From: an uncultured Pedosphaera sp.
Lineage (GTDB): Bacteria; Verrucomicrobiota; Verrucomicrobiia; Limisphaerales; Pedosphaeraceae
DNA: 64,000 bases
Assembly: GCA_903930565.1 (NCBI GenBank)
Contig: CAIYZC010000357.1
Location: 4,728-68,727, forward strand
Direction of reading: 5' to 3'
Positions 16,101 through 24,443 of the stretch are shown in pieces. Every line of letters starts with the position of its first letter. The stretch's first letter is position 1. Made by a program: the position numbers and the translations under genes. Below the pieces are notes generated by a model. The model had not been told where the DNA came from and ran no database searches. It worked only from the letters and a program-made list of their open reading frames with translations.

Positions 16101-18590
16101 CCCGCGATCAATGCGGTGGCCAACACTAATCCTCCGGCCCAGGCATTATTGGCCTTCACCTCTTATAACTCGACCGACGACGGCCCTGGATCGCCCTTCG
16201 GTCTGCTTTTGAATCCGCCCGTTTACGTGACCTACCCGGTCACGACTGGGGTCACCTATCACGTCGTGGGTGTGCTCGATGGCGATCCCATCGGCACCAG
16301 CGGCGAACTGCGGCTCTATGTCAACGGCCAGTTGGCGGGGCGCACGACCAACGGGGTGGGGCAGATTTACGATCACAACGGTTCAGTGCATATCGCCGGC
16401 GGCGGCAGTTCCCGTTCGCACCTCAATGTGAGCGGCCTGTGGAATTATTTCGACGGCCTGGAGCAGGATGTTTCGATTTACAACTCCGTCCTTTCCTCCA
16501 ACGCCATTCTCGCGCATTACCTCGCTGGCACGGGCGACAGCTTGGTGCCAACGACGCCCCCCACCTTGGTTGCGGGCGTGGACCCGCAAGGCGACCGGCG
16601 GGCTCTCACCGTCGTCTTTAATCAGCCGGTGTCGCCCCAGACCGCGACCAACCTCGCTAACTATGTGCTGCAAACGAGCGGTGGCGGCGGCCTGGTGGTG
16701 CAATCGGCCCAACTCCAGGCCGATTTGCGGACCGTCACACTGAACTTGGGGGCCGCCTCGAGTTTCGCGGTGGGGGCCGCCTACCACGTGGCCGTCAGCG
16801 GGGTGGCGGATATTCTGGCGCTGGCCAATACCGTCGCTCCCACCAATTTGGGTTTCACTTTCACCAGCAGTGGGCCGGTGGGGATTGCGAACTCGAGCAC
16901 GCTCGGCGCGCAAAACGTCACGGAAAATCAAAGCGTTCAATTCTCCGTCAATGCCACCGGGCAACCCCCTTATTTTTATCAGTGGTATTACAACGGGGGT
17001 GTTGTGCCGGGGCGTACCAATGCGGTGCTCAGTTTCCCGGCCCCGCTTACTGCAGCCGGGAGTTACACCGTGGTGGTCAGCAACCTCTTCAGTGCGATCA
17101 CCAGCAGCCCGCCCTCGGTGCTGACCGTTTTGGCGGACCATACGCCACCGCAGTTGACCCAGGTGCGCGGATTGGCCGGCAGCCTCAACGAAATCGTGCT
17201 CAACTTTAATAAACCCGTGGACCCGGTCACGGCCACTAATTTGGCCACCTACAGCCTCCCGACCGCGGCTGCGACCGGCTTGGCCCTCCTTGGGGCCGCG
17301 ATTGCGACCAACGGAACGCAGGTCACCCTCTTCACCACGACGCAGACGCATGGTCAGACCAATGAGTTGAGCATCACCAATTTGAAGGATTTGGCGCATA
17401 CCCCCAATACCCTGTCCGTCACGGTGCAGTTTGCCTCCAGTATCAGCTACCGCGATGAAGTGCTCGCGGAGCCGGGACTGGTGCGCTACTTCACGTTTGA
17501 CGAGACCAACGGCACGTCCGTGAATTCCTTGGTGTCGAAGTTTGACACTTCCTCCCTGAACATCGTCGGGACGATTCGCGGAACGGGTTCCTCGCCGCTG
17601 CTGGGGGTCCCCGGTCTCATCGCCAATATCCCGAACAACACCGCGATCAGTTTTGATGGGACGGGCGGCACCAATCGCATCGAGTTGCCCAACGGAGCGG
17701 ATCTCAACTCGACCCTGGGACCGTGGTATCAAATCACCACCATCTTCGCCTTTGAAGCCCGGACGCTGCCGCAGATTCAGATCACGCCGAGTTTGACCAA
17801 CTATCAGGTACCGGTGCTCTTCTCGGACCTGCAGTATGCGGTTTACCTTTACCCCACCCAGACGAACAACAACAACCCCACCAGCGCCCAACTCGTCTTC
17901 GAAGCGCAGCAAACCTCCAGCGCAGGCGCCGGTTCACCCTGGGGCGGCAACACCACCGCCACGGCGAAGTACATCCCCTACACCATTCAGCCGAACAAAG
18001 TTTACCACGTGGTTGCCGTTCTGGATGGGAATGCGGGCTTTGTCAGCGGCGCGATGCGACTTTACATCAACGGCGTGCGGGTCGGCACGGTTAATGGCAT
18101 CGGGGCCATTTATCAAAACCCCAACGATCCGCCGGGATTCAGCCAGGGTTACGTGACGGCTTACTCCGGCAAGGGGGCGAAGAGCATTAATCCGGAGCTG
18201 GTTACCGCGACCACGCTGCTGGACGAACCGCTCAACGGTGTGATCGACGAGTTTGCATATCTGAATCAAGGCACCTTGACCGATCAACGCATTGCGCAGC
18301 TTTACGCCTACTCCCAGACCAATTGGGCGGGCAACGGCTTTGCGATTGTCACGAACGCCCTGGCCGGGCCGCCCCCCGCGATCAGCGTGGCTTCCTTGGC
18401 GGGGGGGGGTGCCCTGCATGTGAGCTGGCCGTCCAGCGCGTCCGGGTACCACCTCGAATATAGCACGAACCTGGCGTCGGGCTTGTGGTACTCGAACAGC
18501 TTACCGCCCGTGGGGACGAACGGAAACCAGGTCGTTAATCAGCCGGTGGGCTCGCGGGGCAACTTGTTCCTGCGCCTGCGCCATCCTTGA
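13161..18590 (+). CDS. Giant secreted multidomain protein: PA14-like + Ig-like + SbsA-Ig-like + LamG/ConA-like modules
   Basis: Signal peptide 'MRIPQGLLLVAAAGALALAADSRAGS'. PA14-like block (aa ~45-200: 'GYLEAPLTGAYVLSIASADNSQLWL...GQKYYFDVYQQ...VQVGW'). Repeated 'YQWY.NG....G.TN..LSF' Ig modules. 'P.V......G..N...V.F..P.DP..ATN.ANY' SbsA_Ig-like modules. Two LamG-like blocks ('LRLYVNGQLAG', 'MRLYINGVRVG'). Confidence 0.8.
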   Translation: MRIPQGLLLVAAAGALALAADSRAGSAYQLSYQYDSTASDPTQFRQSVSTLTNDVFFPYSPSFGQQLDDWYVFAGTSPSFGLQGSQQIEGPANGTDYGTWIFGYLEAPLTGAYVLSIASADNSQLWLSNDYNPTNEVLIAYEPGSGNPLFSGGDLDTRNSAPINLVRGQKYYFDVYQQVGPGPGYVQVGWVRPDGVQELIPALHLAQYEGYNFYTGIGPIQAPQFNAPGNGNHGGFNGGNLTNSVALAEGQELLLQLDVIAQQPTTFTWFTNGVVVAGQNLSYFDVPRTPATYNNFQIQAVVANQFGSLTSAVSHVTVAPNTTRPTVATVDTAGRPNTLEVVFSKPLDPTSATNLANYQVSVVGGGEFPLSGAVPSLSSDQQTVTWSGAFSFAAGTTYLLTISDVRDQASHPNILNPNPTTSPFTLSAPLGTTYNFNAGLPTGVALYGNAVIETSPDPTIGGYIALTDAARNESGAVLLTARNNIDGAHIKFDASIGSSFNALTGGSDGGDGFSVNISANLPLGTFQNPQFGYSPPVAEPQFSVYFNTRQNGAQNPVEIGVALNGVVLTNVPAGTNFNSLDGVPPLTSADGHWAPVDINLQRDGTLNLSFDGVVVVTNFPTGWVGLNSAQVGLAARTENWFETHYIANLFLNFYEGYVGNVGLAANSVLGGTFPEGSTVMLLANPTGAGPDLYQWYRNGTPISGATNRVLSFPATVGAGGGFSLGISNSFSGFLSSPQSVVIQPNLTPPQVVSGKATAGSINKLFLQFNQTLEVVSATSPATYSSPYFAVTGVTLGVDGRSVVLQTTQQRYGASYPVTIRGLKDSYAAQNVLNTNLTVVSGLSYDDEVLGDSPVRYYKLNETGGTVAYTQTTGGDSLNTNGIYQFAPLLGSPSIVPSAANDFAALFVNSSSNNVLVPNNGDINVTRGPWHQRSIELWFNASSFPIGRQPGDSAVNAQTHAVTGLWQEGGNLRDIGIYLWNPAINAVANTNPPAQALLAFTSYNSTDDGPGSPFGLLLNPPVYVTYPVTTGVTYHVVGVLDGDPIGTSGELRLYVNGQLAGRTTNGVGQIYDHNGSVHIAGGGSSRSHLNVSGLWNYFDGLEQDVSIYNSVLSSNAILAHYLAGTGDSLVPTTPPTLVAGVDPQGDRRALTVVFNQPVSPQTATNLANYVLQTSGGGGLVVQSAQLQADLRTVTLNLGAASSFAVGAAYHVAVSGVADILALANTVAPTNLGFTFTSSGPVGIANSSTLGAQNVTENQSVQFSVNATGQPPYFYQWYYNGGVVPGRTNAVLSFPAPLTAAGSYTVVVSNLFSAITSSPPSVLTVLADHTPPQLTQVRGLAGSLNEIVLNFNKPVDPVTATNLATYSLPTAAATGLALLGAAIATNGTQVTLFTTTQTHGQTNELSITNLKDLAHTPNTLSVTVQFASSISYRDEVLAEPGLVRYFTFDETNGTSVNSLVSKFDTSSLNIVGTIRGTGSSPLLGVPGLIANIPNNTAISFDGTGGTNRIELPNGADLNSTLGPWYQITTIFAFEARTLPQIQITPSLTNYQVPVLFSDLQYAVYLYPTQTNNNNPTSAQLVFEAQQTSSAGAGSPWGGNTTATAKYIPYTIQPNKVYHVVAVLDGNAGFVSGAMRLYINGVRVGTVNGIGAIYQNPNDPPGFSQGYVTAYSGKGAKSINPELVTATTLLDEPLNGVIDEFAYLNQGTLTDQRIAQLYAYSQTNWAGNGFAIVTNALAGPPPAISVASLAGGGALHVSWPSSASGYHLEYSTNLASGLWYSNSLPPVGTNGNQVVNQPVGSRGNLFLRLRHP

Positions 18591-18637
18591 GAATTGCCCG
18601 CCAACCTTTAACCCAATCCAAGAAAGAGTAATTCCCT

Positions 18638-21433
18638 ATGAGGCACTTACAACAGCTCAAATACCTCCGGTCATGGTTGACCGTTTCGGTCCTGGCGGTG
18701 GCGACCGCCGCGAGCGGTCAGGGCGCCGCCAAGACCAAGTCCATCACCCCCGCGCAACGCGAATTCTTCGAAAGCAAGATCCGCCCGGTGCTCATCGAGC
18801 ATTGCTACGACTGCCATTCGGACGAGAAGGGCAAGAACAAAGGCGAGTTGACGCTCGACACCCGCGATGGGATTCGAGCGGGTGGTGATCGGGGACCGGC
18901 GGTGGTGCCCGGGAAGCCGGATGAAAGCGTCCTGATCAACGCCATCCGCCAGGTCGGCCAATTGCGCATGCCCCCCGATTCGCGCGGTGGTCCGCTGTCC
19001 GAAAGTGTGGTGGCGGATTTCGAAAAATGGGTGGCGGAGGGCGCCCCGGACCCCCGCGACGCCGCCAAAGTGGGCGTGGTTGAGGCGGCGAAGCCGGAAA
19101 AGCCGGTGGAATGGGACAAGGAACGGCAGTTTTGGGCGTTTCAAAAGCCGAAAGCCGTGACGCCGCCCCAAGTGCTGAATACGGGGTGGGCGAAATCACC
19201 GGTGGATCAATTCGTCCTGGCGGGATTGGAGACCAAAGGTCTTCACCCAGTCGCGGACGCGGACAAGCGGACGCTGCTGCGGCGGACTTATTATGACCTG
19301 ATCGGTTTGCCCCCGTCCCCCGCGGAGATCGAGAGTTTCGTGCAGGATTTGGCGCCGGACGCGCTGGAGAAGATCGTGGACCGCCTGCTGGCCTCGCCGC
19401 GCTTTGGGGAACAATGGGGGCGCTATTGGCTGGACGTTGCGCGGTACGGGGAATCAACGGGGTTGGATCGCAACTTGAATTTTCCCTACGCCTGGCGATA
19501 TCGCGACTACGTCATCGACGCGTTCAACCACGACAAACCCTACGACCGGTTTATTTTGGAACAGATCGCCGGGGATCAACTGCCTTTCACCAGTGAAAAG
19601 GAACATGACGCCAACCTCACGGCGACCGGCTTTTTGGCCATCGGCCCCAAGGGTTTGAACGAGACGCGCGTGAAGTACTCCAAATGGCAGGTGGTGGTGG
19701 ACCAGATCGACGCCACCTCCCGGGGCTTTCTGGGGCTGACGGCGGGTTGCGCCCAGTGCCACGATCACAAGTTTGATCCCATTCCCCAGAAGGACTATTA
19801 CGCACTGGCCGGGATTTTCTCCAGCACCGAAACCCTCTATGGAACGGTCGGGGGACGCGGTAATCGCCGGCCGACCTCGTTGCTGTCGCTGGCCGGCGCC
19901 CCCGCGCTGGCGGTGCTCTCCACCGGGGAGCCGACGCCCAACATGTTCGTGAACACGAACGCCAACTTCAATGCCACGCCCCGCACCAATGGATTGGCCC
20001 GCCGGGTGAATGGCACGAACGGCTTTGGTGGCGGCGCGCGTCGCTTCGCACGCAACGTCAGCACCAACATCCTGGAGCGCATCCCGGCGACCAACACCTA
20101 CGCGATGGGCGTGCGCGACTATGACGAGCCGCAAGCGGCGTCCATCTATTACCGGGGGGATTTGACCAAGCCGCGGGATACCGTCCCGCGCGGTTTCCTC
20201 CGGATCTTGGCGTTGCCCCAGACCCCGGCCATTCCCACCAATGCCAGCGGCCGACTGCAACTGGCGCAATGGATCACCGACCCCGAGAATCCGCTGACCG
20301 CGCGCGTCGCCGTGAACCGGGTCTGGCAACATTTGTTCGGCGAGGGGATTGTCGCCACGCCGGATAATTTCGGGCACCTTGGGACCGCTCCCACCCATCC
20401 GGAATTGCTGGATTATTTGGCGGCGAAGTTTGCCACGGAGCAGAAGTGGTCCTTCAAGCAACTGGTGCGCTCCCTGGTGCTGACGCGGGCCTACCAACTC
20501 AGCAGCGAGATCGACGCCAAGGCCGCGGAGGCGGATCCGGAGAACCGTTTGCTCTGGCGGGCGACACCCCGGCGGCTCAAAGCCGAGCAGTTGCGCGATT
20601 CCATTCTGACTTCGAGCGGCCGCCTCGACTTGAATCCCCCTGCCTTCCCCGACACCGCGCGGTTTGGCGACGGTTACTACGGGGTGAACATTTGGGAGAG
20701 CGACCTGCCCCAGCACTTCTATTCCCGGAGCGTTTATCTGCCCGTGCCGCGCGATCTCGTGCCCGAATCCCTGTCCCTTTTCGATCTCCCGAATCCCAAC
20801 CTGGTGGGCGCCCACCGGGAGGAGACGACCTCGCCCAGTCAGGCGCTTTTCCTGATGAACAACGCCTTCGTGCAGGACGAGGCCCTGCACCTGGCCCGGC
20901 AACTTGCGAGCAACCAGGACTTGTCGGATGCGGAACGTATTCAACGGGCCTACCTGGCGGTGTTCCAACGGCGGCCGAGCCCGGACGAAGTCCAGCGCGC
21001 CACCCGGTTCATCCAGGAGGAGGCCGGCGTCTTGGCGGAGACTAAGTCGTTCAAGCCCGAGCAAACCGGGTTGGACATCCAATTGAAGCCCGCACCGGAA
21101 GCGCCGGCGCCCGCCGGTGAAGTGGCGGTGCCCCAGTTCGCCAAAGCCGAGCCTGCCGCCCCAGTGCCGGCGGCGGTGGTGGGGGCTCCGGCCGTCGCGG
21201 ATGACGGGACCAACGCCCCAGCCGCGGGGGGCTTCAATCCCCGCGGCCCCCGGCGCTATCTCGGCCCCGGTTCGGCGAGCGATGTCGTGGTTGGCAAACT
21301 GGCGCCGGGTATCGCCCGGCCCAAGGTTTTCCAGCAAGCCCTGCCGGAGCAGCCGGCCACGCCCGAGGAAGGTGCTTACGCGTTGTTCGCGCAGGCCTTG
21401 TTCGGCAGCGCGGAATTCCGCTATTTGCAGTGA
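18638..21433 (+). CDS. PSCyt1 (CxxCH) / DUF1549 (PSCyt2) / DUF1553 (PSD1) protein
   Basis: 'FFESKIRPVLIEHCYDCHS' is a planctomycete cytochrome-c motif. 'DQFVLAGLETKGLHPVADADKRTLLRRTYYDLIGLPPSPAEIESF' is DUF1549-type. 'RVAVNRVWQHLFGEGIVATPDNFG' is DUF1553-type. Confidence 0.85.
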   Translation: MRHLQQLKYLRSWLTVSVLAVATAASGQGAAKTKSITPAQREFFESKIRPVLIEHCYDCHSDEKGKNKGELTLDTRDGIRAGGDRGPAVVPGKPDESVLINAIRQVGQLRMPPDSRGGPLSESVVADFEKWVAEGAPDPRDAAKVGVVEAAKPEKPVEWDKERQFWAFQKPKAVTPPQVLNTGWAKSPVDQFVLAGLETKGLHPVADADKRTLLRRTYYDLIGLPPSPAEIESFVQDLAPDALEKIVDRLLASPRFGEQWGRYWLDVARYGESTGLDRNLNFPYAWRYRDYVIDAFNHDKPYDRFILEQIAGDQLPFTSEKEHDANLTATGFLAIGPKGLNETRVKYSKWQVVVDQIDATSRGFLGLTAGCAQCHDHKFDPIPQKDYYALAGIFSSTETLYGTVGGRGNRRPTSLLSLAGAPALAVLSTGEPTPNMFVNTNANFNATPRTNGLARRVNGTNGFGGGARRFARNVSTNILERIPATNTYAMGVRDYDEPQAASIYYRGDLTKPRDTVPRGFLRILALPQTPAIPTNASGRLQLAQWITDPENPLTARVAVNRVWQHLFGEGIVATPDNFGHLGTAPTHPELLDYLAAKFATEQKWSFKQLVRSLVLTRAYQLSSEIDAKAAEADPENRLLWRATPRRLKAEQLRDSILTSSGRLDLNPPAFPDTARFGDGYYGVNIWESDLPQHFYSRSVYLPVPRDLVPESLSLFDLPNPNLVGAHREETTSPSQALFLMNNAFVQDEALHLARQLASNQDLSDAERIQRAYLAVFQRRPSPDEVQRATRFIQEEAGVLAETKSFKPEQTGLDIQLKPAPEAPAPAGEVAVPQFAKAEPAAPVPAAVVGAPAVADDGTNAPAAGGFNPRGPRRYLGPGSASDVVVGKLAPGIARPKVFQQALPEQPATPEEGAYALFAQALFGSAEFRYLQ

Positions 21434-21464
21434 TTCCCAACCTTCCATCCAAACTCGTATAATC

Positions 21465-22913
21465 ATGAACCAACCACCTCTTCCCCAACGCTGCGACGGA
21501 GTCATCCCCGGGGTCTACACCCGGCGCCAGATGCTCAAGACCCTCACCACCGGCTTCGGCTATATGGCTTTCTCCGGGCTGGCCACCCAGGCCGCCCTGG
21601 CCGAGGGCCTGGGCGCGGACCCCGCCGCCGGCGCGGCCGCGGACGCGAGCCTGCTGCTGCCGAAAAAGCCGCATTTCGCCGCCGGCGCCAAGCGGATCAT
21701 CTTCCTCGGCATGGAAGGCGCCCCGTCCCATGTGGACACGTTTGATTACAAACCCAAGTTGCAGGCCGACAACGGGAAGACCTCGCCGACCAACGAGGAC
21801 CGTCAGATGCTCGGTTCCACCTTTGGCTTCAAGCAATACGGGCGGAGCGGCAAATGGATCTCCGAGTTGTTCCCCCAGGTGGCGACCCACGCGGATGAAC
21901 TGTGCTTCCTGCACGGCATGTGGACCAACGCGCCCGCGCTGCACCCGCAGGCGTGGCCGGCGTTGCACACCGGCAGCCCGGTGTTCGTCCGGCCGTCGAT
22001 GGGCTCCTGGATTCTCTACGGTTTGGGCACCATGAACCAAAACCTGCCCGGCTTCGTCACCATCAAACCGGCGCTGTCCATCGGCGGCGGGCAATCCTAT
22101 GAGTCCGCCTTCCTGCCCTCGGTTTATTCAGCCACCCGCATTGGCGAATCCAAGACCGACATCCGCAATTGCGGCGTCAACAACATCCGCAACGCCAATA
22201 TCGACAACCGGGCCCAGCGCCGCCAAATCGATTTCGTGCAGGAGTTGAACCACGATCTCCTCAAAAAGGGCTCCCTCGACCACCAAGTCGAAGGGGTCAT
22301 TCAATCCTACGAACTCGCTTTCAAGATGCAGATGGAGGTTCCGGAAGTGACGGACATCTCGAAGGAATCGCAAAAAACCTTGGACCTCTACGGGGTGGGC
22401 CAGGATGAAACCGATGACTTCGCCCGCCAATGCCTGCTGGCCCGGCGCTTCGCCGAAGCCGGCGTGCGGTTCATCGAAGTGTGCTACGATGACTGGGATC
22501 ATCATGGTCAGCTCTACACGGGCCTCAAAAAGAGCACCCGGGCGGTGGACCAGCCGATCGCGGCCCTGCTCACGGATCTCAAGGAGCGCGGTTTGCTCAA
22601 GGACACGCTGGTTCTCTGGGGCGGCGAGTTTGGCCGCACCCCGGACAGTCCCAAACCCGACGGCCGCGATCACAGCACCAAGGGGTGGACGATGTGGATG
22701 GCGGGCGGCGGCGTGAAGCCCGGCTTCTCCTACGGCGCCACCGACGAGTACGGCATTAGCGCCGTCGAGGGGCGCATGGATTACCACGATTTGCACGCGA
22801 CCCTCCTGCATGCCTTCGGGCTCGACCATGAGAAGCTCACCTACCGCTACGGCGGGCGGGATTACCGCCTCACCGACGTTTCGGGCATTGTCGCCGAGGA
22901 GATTTTCGCCTGA
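21465..22913 (+). CDS. DUF1501 (sulfatase/alkaline-phosphatase-superfamily-like) protein with Tat-like signal
   Basis: 'TRRQMLKTLTTGFGYMAFSGLA' is twin-arginine-like. 'EGAPSHVDTFDYKPKL' and 'WGGEFGRTP' are typical of DUF1501. This is the canonical partner gene of DUF1549/DUF1553 proteins. ATG 21465 is chosen over the out-of-context 21117 start. Confidence 0.85.
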   Translation: MNQPPLPQRCDGVIPGVYTRRQMLKTLTTGFGYMAFSGLATQAALAEGLGADPAAGAAADASLLLPKKPHFAAGAKRIIFLGMEGAPSHVDTFDYKPKLQADNGKTSPTNEDRQMLGSTFGFKQYGRSGKWISELFPQVATHADELCFLHGMWTNAPALHPQAWPALHTGSPVFVRPSMGSWILYGLGTMNQNLPGFVTIKPALSIGGGQSYESAFLPSVYSATRIGESKTDIRNCGVNNIRNANIDNRAQRRQIDFVQELNHDLLKKGSLDHQVEGVIQSYELAFKMQMEVPEVTDISKESQKTLDLYGVGQDETDDFARQCLLARRFAEAGVRFIEVCYDDWDHHGQLYTGLKKSTRAVDQPIAALLTDLKERGLLKDTLVLWGGEFGRTPDSPKPDGRDHSTKGWTMWMAGGGVKPGFSYGATDEYGISAVEGRMDYHDLHATLLHAFGLDHEKLTYRYGGRDYRLTDVSGIVAEEIFA

Positions 22914-22946
22914 ACCAATTCTGCCCCAAACCTTCAACTCATACTT

Positions 22947-23786
22947 ATGCTCAATTCTGACCAAACCAAGTTCGTGGCGATCAAACGTGGCTTCCTGACC
23001 CTGCTCGCCCTGGGCACGCTGCTCTCGGCGCGCGCCGAGGACGCCAGCGGCCTGTGGAAATGGAGCACCCCCAACCGCAGTGGCGGGCCGGACCGGGTGG
23101 TGAATTTGAAACTCGCCATCGAAGGCCGCACCCTCACGGGCAAAATCTATACCCCCAATCGCACCAACGACACCTTCGCCGAGGTGGAGATCAAAGACGG
23201 AACGATCCAGGACGGGGAATTGTCCTTCACGGTTTCCCGTGGCGGCCGCGGGGGCGGCGCCGGGATTGTGACCAAATACACCGGCAAATTGAAGGGGGAC
23301 AAAATCGAGGGCAAGATTGAAACCCCTTCGCGCGATGGCGAGGTCCGCGCGCTGGATTGGAAAGCCGAGCGCAACACCACGGGGCAATTGATTGCCGGGG
23401 AAAAAATCGTCCTCAAGCCCGGCTATGACGAAAACGGAAACAAGATTGTCAATGAGACCCACTACAAAGAGGTTTCGGTGGATGAAGCGGAAAAGTTTCT
23501 CGCCGGCCATCCCGAGGCGATCATCTTGGACGCCCGCTCCCCGGAGGAGTTCGCCGCCGGCCATTTGCCGAACGCGAAGAACTACAACTTGACCGACAAA
23601 GACACCTACAAAAGCTTGCTGGCCGGCTTGGACAAATCCAAATGGTACGTGGTCCACAGCGCGGTGGGACATTATCGCACCGTGCGGGCCTTGGAGTATT
23701 TTGAGGCCAACGGCTTCGAGCACGCCATTGCGATCGACGGCGGCTACGCCGCTTGGGCGAAAGCCGGCAAACCCACCGTGAAATGA
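22947..23786 (+). CDS. Secreted two-domain protein with C-terminal rhodanese-like domain lacking the catalytic Cys
   Basis: Signal-like N-terminus. The C-terminal 'IILDARSPEEFAAGHLPNAKNY...WYVVHSAVGHYRTVRALEYFEANGFEHAIAIDGGYAAW' matches the rhodanese fold, and the active-site loop (HSAVGHYR) contains no Cys. Confidence 0.7.
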   Translation: MLNSDQTKFVAIKRGFLTLLALGTLLSARAEDASGLWKWSTPNRSGGPDRVVNLKLAIEGRTLTGKIYTPNRTNDTFAEVEIKDGTIQDGELSFTVSRGGRGGGAGIVTKYTGKLKGDKIEGKIETPSRDGEVRALDWKAERNTTGQLIAGEKIVLKPGYDENGNKIVNETHYKEVSVDEAEKFLAGHPEAIILDARSPEEFAAGHLPNAKNYNLTDKDTYKSLLAGLDKSKWYVVHSAVGHYRTVRALEYFEANGFEHAIAIDGGYAAWAKAGKPTVK

Positions 23787-23823
23787 CCGGCACGGTCTCC
23801 CGGTCTTTGGATCCGGGCACCCC

Positions 23824-24228
23824 ATGAAGCATTCCGTTCGAGTAATTCTTGTTACGGGAGCCGCCCTGCTGGGCGCGAGCCTGCCGGCTCGCGCCCGGCC
23901 CGGCACTCCGGTGGACGATCCCGTCGCGGGCAAAGCCAAATACTCCATTGCGCAGGTGATGAAGGCCCTGCACAAGGGGGAGGACTCCATCGGCAAGCGG
24001 GTCGGTCGCGGGCAGGGGACCAAGGAGGACTTTGCCAAGCTGGTGGAGTACTACGAATCCCTCCCCCTCAACGAACCGCCGGAGGGCGGTTCGGCAAGCT
24101 GGAAGAAAAAGTCGACCGCCCTGCTCGTCTCCGCGAAGGCACTGAATGAAGGCCGGGAAGGCGCCTTGGCCGCTTACAAGCAAGCGGTGGACTGCAAGGC
24201 TTGCCATGAAGTGCATCGGCCGGAGTGA
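23824..24228 (+). CDS. Small periplasmic c-type cytochrome (class II / cytochrome c'-like: single CxxCH near the C-terminus)
   Basis: Signal peptide 'MKHSVRVILVTGAALLGASLPARA'. About 110-aa helical-looking mature part. 'CKACH' lies 8 residues from the C-terminus. Confidence 0.6.
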   Translation: MKHSVRVILVTGAALLGASLPARARPGTPVDDPVAGKAKYSIAQVMKALHKGEDSIGKRVGRGQGTKEDFAKLVEYYESLPLNEPPEGGSASWKKKSTALLVSAKALNEGREGALAAYKQAVDCKACHEVHRPE

Positions 24229-24397
24229 TCCTGGTGCTGTCGCCCTTGCCGTCCCGCACAAATTTTTATCGGCGGCCGCCGACAAGTTTGAAGCCAGGCC
24301 GCCGGGTGGATGAAAAAGCCAATCGTGATAACCGGTTCATCATCAAGGGTTTAGAAACATTTTTGAAGGTTCGCTAAAATAATTTTACGAATCCTTG

Positions 24398-24426
24398 TTG
24401 ACAGGGGAGGAGTTCACGATCAATAT
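24398..24426 (+). promoter_or_regulatory. Sigma70-like promoter (TTGACA - 17 nt - CAATAT), second copy of the 11233 module
   Basis: TTGACA at 24398-24403 and caatat at 24421-24426, preceded by 'aaaataattt', as at 11210-11220. Confidence 0.55.
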
Positions 24427-24443
24427 ACGACCAAGTTGATCGT
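24427..24443 (+). promoter_or_regulatory. Near-palindrome ACGACCAAGTTGATCGT (identical to 11262-11278)
   Basis: Exact 17-nt identity, with conserved flanks: 'aatatACGACCAAGTTGATCGTGaATGGCGG' versus 'aatatACGACCAAGTTGATCGTGtATGGCGG'. Confidence 0.5.
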
